A stretch of 12,027 nucleotides of DNA from Octopus sinensis (taxonomy: Eukaryota): the NCBI RefSeq assembly GCF_006345805.1, contig NW_021826710.1, positions 1 through 12,027 of the forward strand, given 5' to 3'. Shown here piece by piece: positions 9,389 through 12,027 of the stretch. Below the pieces are notes generated by a model. That model saw only the letters and a list, made by a program, of their open reading frames with translations, was not told the DNA's origin and did not search any database. Position numbers and translations under genes: made by a program. Every line of letters starts with the position of its first letter. Within the stretch, counting starts at the first letter, position 1.

Positions 9389-9571
9389 TATTTCTTTATT
9401 GCCCAGAAGGGGCTAAAGTTAGAGGGGACAAACAAGGACAGACAAAGTGATTAAGTTGATTACATCGATCCCAGTGCGTAACTGGTACTTAATATATTGA
9501 ACCCGAAAAGATGAAGGCAAAGTCGACCTAGGCGGAATTTGAACTCTGAACATAAAGACAGACGAAATACC
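9389..9571 (-). mobile_element. Family B SINE, array unit 3 (tail type 2, 5'-truncated)
   Basis: TATTTCTTTATTGCCCAGAAGGGGCTAAA..GGACAAACAAGGACAGACAAA tail followed by the same core. Ends at GACGAAATACC. Confidence 0.88.
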
Positions 9572-9797
9572 TATTTCTTTAACCTCCCTTTCTGCGCTAA
9601 ACTCAGAGGGAACAAGGGGACAAACAAGGACAGACAAACGGATTAAGTCGATTACATCGACCCCAGTACGTAACTGGTACTTAATTTATCGACCCCGAAA
9701 GGATGAAAGACAAAGTTGACCTCGGCGGAATTCGAACTCAGAACGTAGCGGCAGATGAAATATCGCTAAGCATTTCACACGACGTGCCACCGTTTCG
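9572..9797 (-). mobile_element. Family B SINE, array unit 4 (tail type 2, 5'-truncated within the A box)
   Basis: TATTTCTTTA tail start, then GGACAAACAAGGACAGACAAACGGATTAAGTCGATTACATCGACCCCAG and TTATCGACCCCGAAAGGATGAAAG. Ends at CCGTTTCG. Confidence 0.88.
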
Positions 9798-10028
9798 TAT
9801 TTCTTTATTTCCCAGAAGGGGCTAAAGTTAGAGGGGACAAACAAAGACAGACAAAGTGATCAAGTTGATTACATCGATCCCAGTGCGTAACTGGTACTTA
9901 ATTTATCGACCCTGACAGGATGAAAGGCAAAGTTGACCTCGACGGAATTTGAACTCAGAACGTAACGGTAGACGAAATACTGCTAAACATTTCGCCCGGC
10001 GTGCTAACGTTTCTGCCAGTTCACCGCT
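9798..10028 (-). mobile_element. Family B SINE, array unit 5 (tail type 2, intact tRNA-like head)
   Basis: Minus strand begins GCGGTGAACTGGCAGAAACGTTAGCACGCCGGGCG (A-box region), with B box GAGTTCAAATTCC and core GCCTTTCATCCTGTCAGGGTCGATAAATTAAGTACCAG. Confidence 0.9.
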
Positions 10029-10089
10029 TTCAAACAGGAAATTCATTACAATGTGTTTCTACATGCGAAGGACTGGCCCATATACACGT

Positions 10090-10477
10090 GGATGGAAGCA
10101 CTCCGTCGGTTACGACGACGAGGGTTCCGGTTGATCCGAATCAACGGAACAGCCTGCTCGTGAAATTAACGTGTAAGTGACTGAGCACTCCACAGACACG
10201 TGTACCCTTAACGTAGTTCTCGGGGATATTCAGCGTGACACAGTGAGTGACAAGGCCATCCCTTTGAAATACAGGTACAACAGAAACAGGAAGTAAGAGT
10301 GAGAGAAAGTTGTGGTGAAAAAGTACAGCAGGGATCACCACCATCCCCTGCCGGAGCCTCGTGGAGCTTTTTAGGTGTTTTCGCTCAATAAACACTCACA
10401 ACGCCCGGTCTGGGAATCGAAACCGCGATCCTATGACCGCAAGTCCGCTGCCCTAACCACTGGGCCATTGCGCCTCC
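10090..10477 (-). mobile_element. Apparently full-length, GC-rich tRNA-derived SINE, family C
   Basis: Minus strand starts GGAGGCGCAATGGCCCAGTGGTTAGGGCAGCGGAC with A box at 10457-10467 and B box GGTTTCGATTCCC at 10412-10424. A ~310-nt CpG-rich body follows, ending in GTGCTTCCATCC. It is sharply bounded against AT-richer flanks. Confidence 0.85.
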
Positions 10478-10764
10478 ATCATAACATATAAACACATAAA
10501 TGTAGAAAGAGGGAGACATGATGCTTTACAAGAGGTGATCATTGATGAATATACTTCGGAATGGATAAAGCTGAGGGGAAAAAGAGTGCGAAATACCGCA
10601 ACGGTTAGGAGAGGTAAAAGAAGGAAAGAGTTATACAAATCCTAAATAAGGAATTCTATGAGGAATAGAACAAGTGTTTGGAGTAAGAAGAAGAACGAGG
10701 AGAGAGGGTGTAGAATAGTGGTTTGGAGGAGAGTAGGAGGATTTCATTTGGGGCTTAGAAGTCT

Positions 10765-11127
10765 GCAGCAGCAATAACAGCAGCAGGAGTATTAGTTGTA
10801 ACAGTAGCACCAGGAATAGTAGTAGTAATAGTAGTAGTAGTAGTAGTAGTAGTTGCTGTAGTAGTTGTAGTAGCAGCAGCAGCAGCAGCGGTGCTGGTAG
10901 TAATCGCAGTAGCGTCGGTGGCAGCGGCAACAGCAGCACTCGTAGCAGTAGTAGAAGTAGTGGTAGTAGTTTGTGGTAATGGTTGTAGTATTAGTAGCAG
11001 CAGTAGTCGCAGCAGTGGCAGCAGCAGCAATAGTAGTAGTAGCAATGGTTGTAGTATTAGAAGCAGCAGTAGTCGCAGCAGCGGCAGCAGCAGTGGCAAC
11101 AGCAAGAGCAACGACAGCAGCAGCAAC

Positions 11128-11169
<42 letters not shown>

Positions 11170-11198
11170 TGCAGCAGCAATAGTAGTAGTAGTAGTAA

Positions 11199-11231
<33 letters not shown>

Positions 11232-11250
11232 CGCCACCAGCAGCAGTAAC
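10765..11250. repeat. ~485-bp compound (TAG)n/(CAG)n trinucleotide array
   Basis: Directly visible; includes a 50-bp segment duplicated at a 66-bp period. Confidence 0.93.
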
Positions 11251-11496
11251 TGAAACAATATCGGCAACAGACAGTATAAATATATAAATATATAAACAAC
11301 ATTCCAGAAACCAAAAAAAGCAAAAAGCAATAATAATAATAAATTAGACAAAAAAACAAAAACAAGGACAGGAAACAGGAAAGCGTGGCTAAAAATTTTT
11401 TAAAAAATACTTAAAAGAAAAAAAGAACCATAACAAATAAAATTAATAAATAAACAAACAAACAAGCAAATAAACAGATAATTACATAAAAATTAT

Positions 11497-11523
11497 AAAT
11501 ATATATATATATATATATATATA
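11497..11523. repeat. (TA)n microsatellite
   Basis: Directly visible. Confidence 0.9.
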
Positions 11524-11733
11524 AAAGTTGGGAAAGCGAGAACGTTCTCTGACTGATAGAGGAAGGCAGTTTAAAGAAAAGAAATTCATTACATATTACT
11601 AGGCGTCAGCCATGTTAAATGATTTATGAGAGATAGCCATGCGATAAGAATAGGAAGCGCTGTGGCTGCCATCATATAATTCTCGAGATTTGCTTATTAT
11701 CGGCCTCACCTGCGCCAGGTTAGGCATTCTCTG

Positions 11734-11893
11734 TTGTTGTGTATGTTTTTTTTTTTTGTTTTTTTGTTTTTTGAAATTTTAAATATTATTTTTAAATTGA
11801 GTTTCTGGTTTTATTTTGTTCTTTTTTTGGGGGGGGGAGGGGGTGTTTTATTTTTGTTTGTTTTTTTTTGTTTTTTTGTTTTTTTTTTTTTTG
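11734..11893. repeat. T-rich low-complexity tract with a central G run
   Basis: Poly-T/TTTTG runs around GGGGGGGGGAGGGGG at 11829-11843. Confidence 0.85.
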
Positions 11894-12027
11894 ATAAAAT
11901 TTCAGATTTCACTTGGTTGAAAAATGTCACTGACTGATGACAAATGATTGAGATTTACTGCTGAGTTGAATAAACTGTAATGTGCGCTTTTTTCACATGT
12001 CGTTTTAACACACAACACACACACACA

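Noticed and set aside
9001-10028. CRISPR-like repeat-spacer array (recurring CTGGTACTTAAT)
   Set aside because: The whole ~200-bp units are homologous SINE copies with no unique spacers, and the context is eukaryotic.
10400-10477. Possible tRNA gene
   Set aside because: A and B boxes are present, but I could not build a proper acceptor stem or cloverleaf, and it continues into a SINE body.
10631-11365. Long poly-Leu, poly-Ser, poly-Val and poly-Tyr ORFs (up to 198 aa)
   Set aside because: They are translations of the TAG/CAG triplet array in several frames on both strands, with no domain-like sequence.
11934-11975. CTGATGA with a short CAA/TTG stem and downstream AATAAA
   Set aside because: No GAAA or supporting stems; likely chance.

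Overview
Non-coding, repeat-dominated eukaryotic (metazoan) DNA, probably intronic or intergenic. The SINE families and the very dense (TA)/(CA)/(GATA)/(TAG) microsatellites look like an octopus (cephalopod) genome; that is recall-based inference, not a database result. No credible protein-coding gene was found: most supplied ORFs are translations of microsatellites or SINEs, and the rest match nothing I recognise. The window holds three tRNA-derived SINE families. Family A is CORE-like with an internal microsatellite (4 pieces, including a nested arrangement). Family B is Meta-domain-like (1 solo copy plus a 5-copy head-to-tail array). Family C is a single young copy. There is also a 214-bp Tc1/mariner-type MITE with TA target duplications. 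The most interesting feature is a set of short (TA)n-embedded islands carrying minimal hammerhead-ribozyme-like motifs of the kind found in Penelope-like elements. The best is at 7135-7183 and a more degenerate one at 5876-5918, both inside fold-back repeats followed by AATAAA; a weak one lies at 2856-2907.
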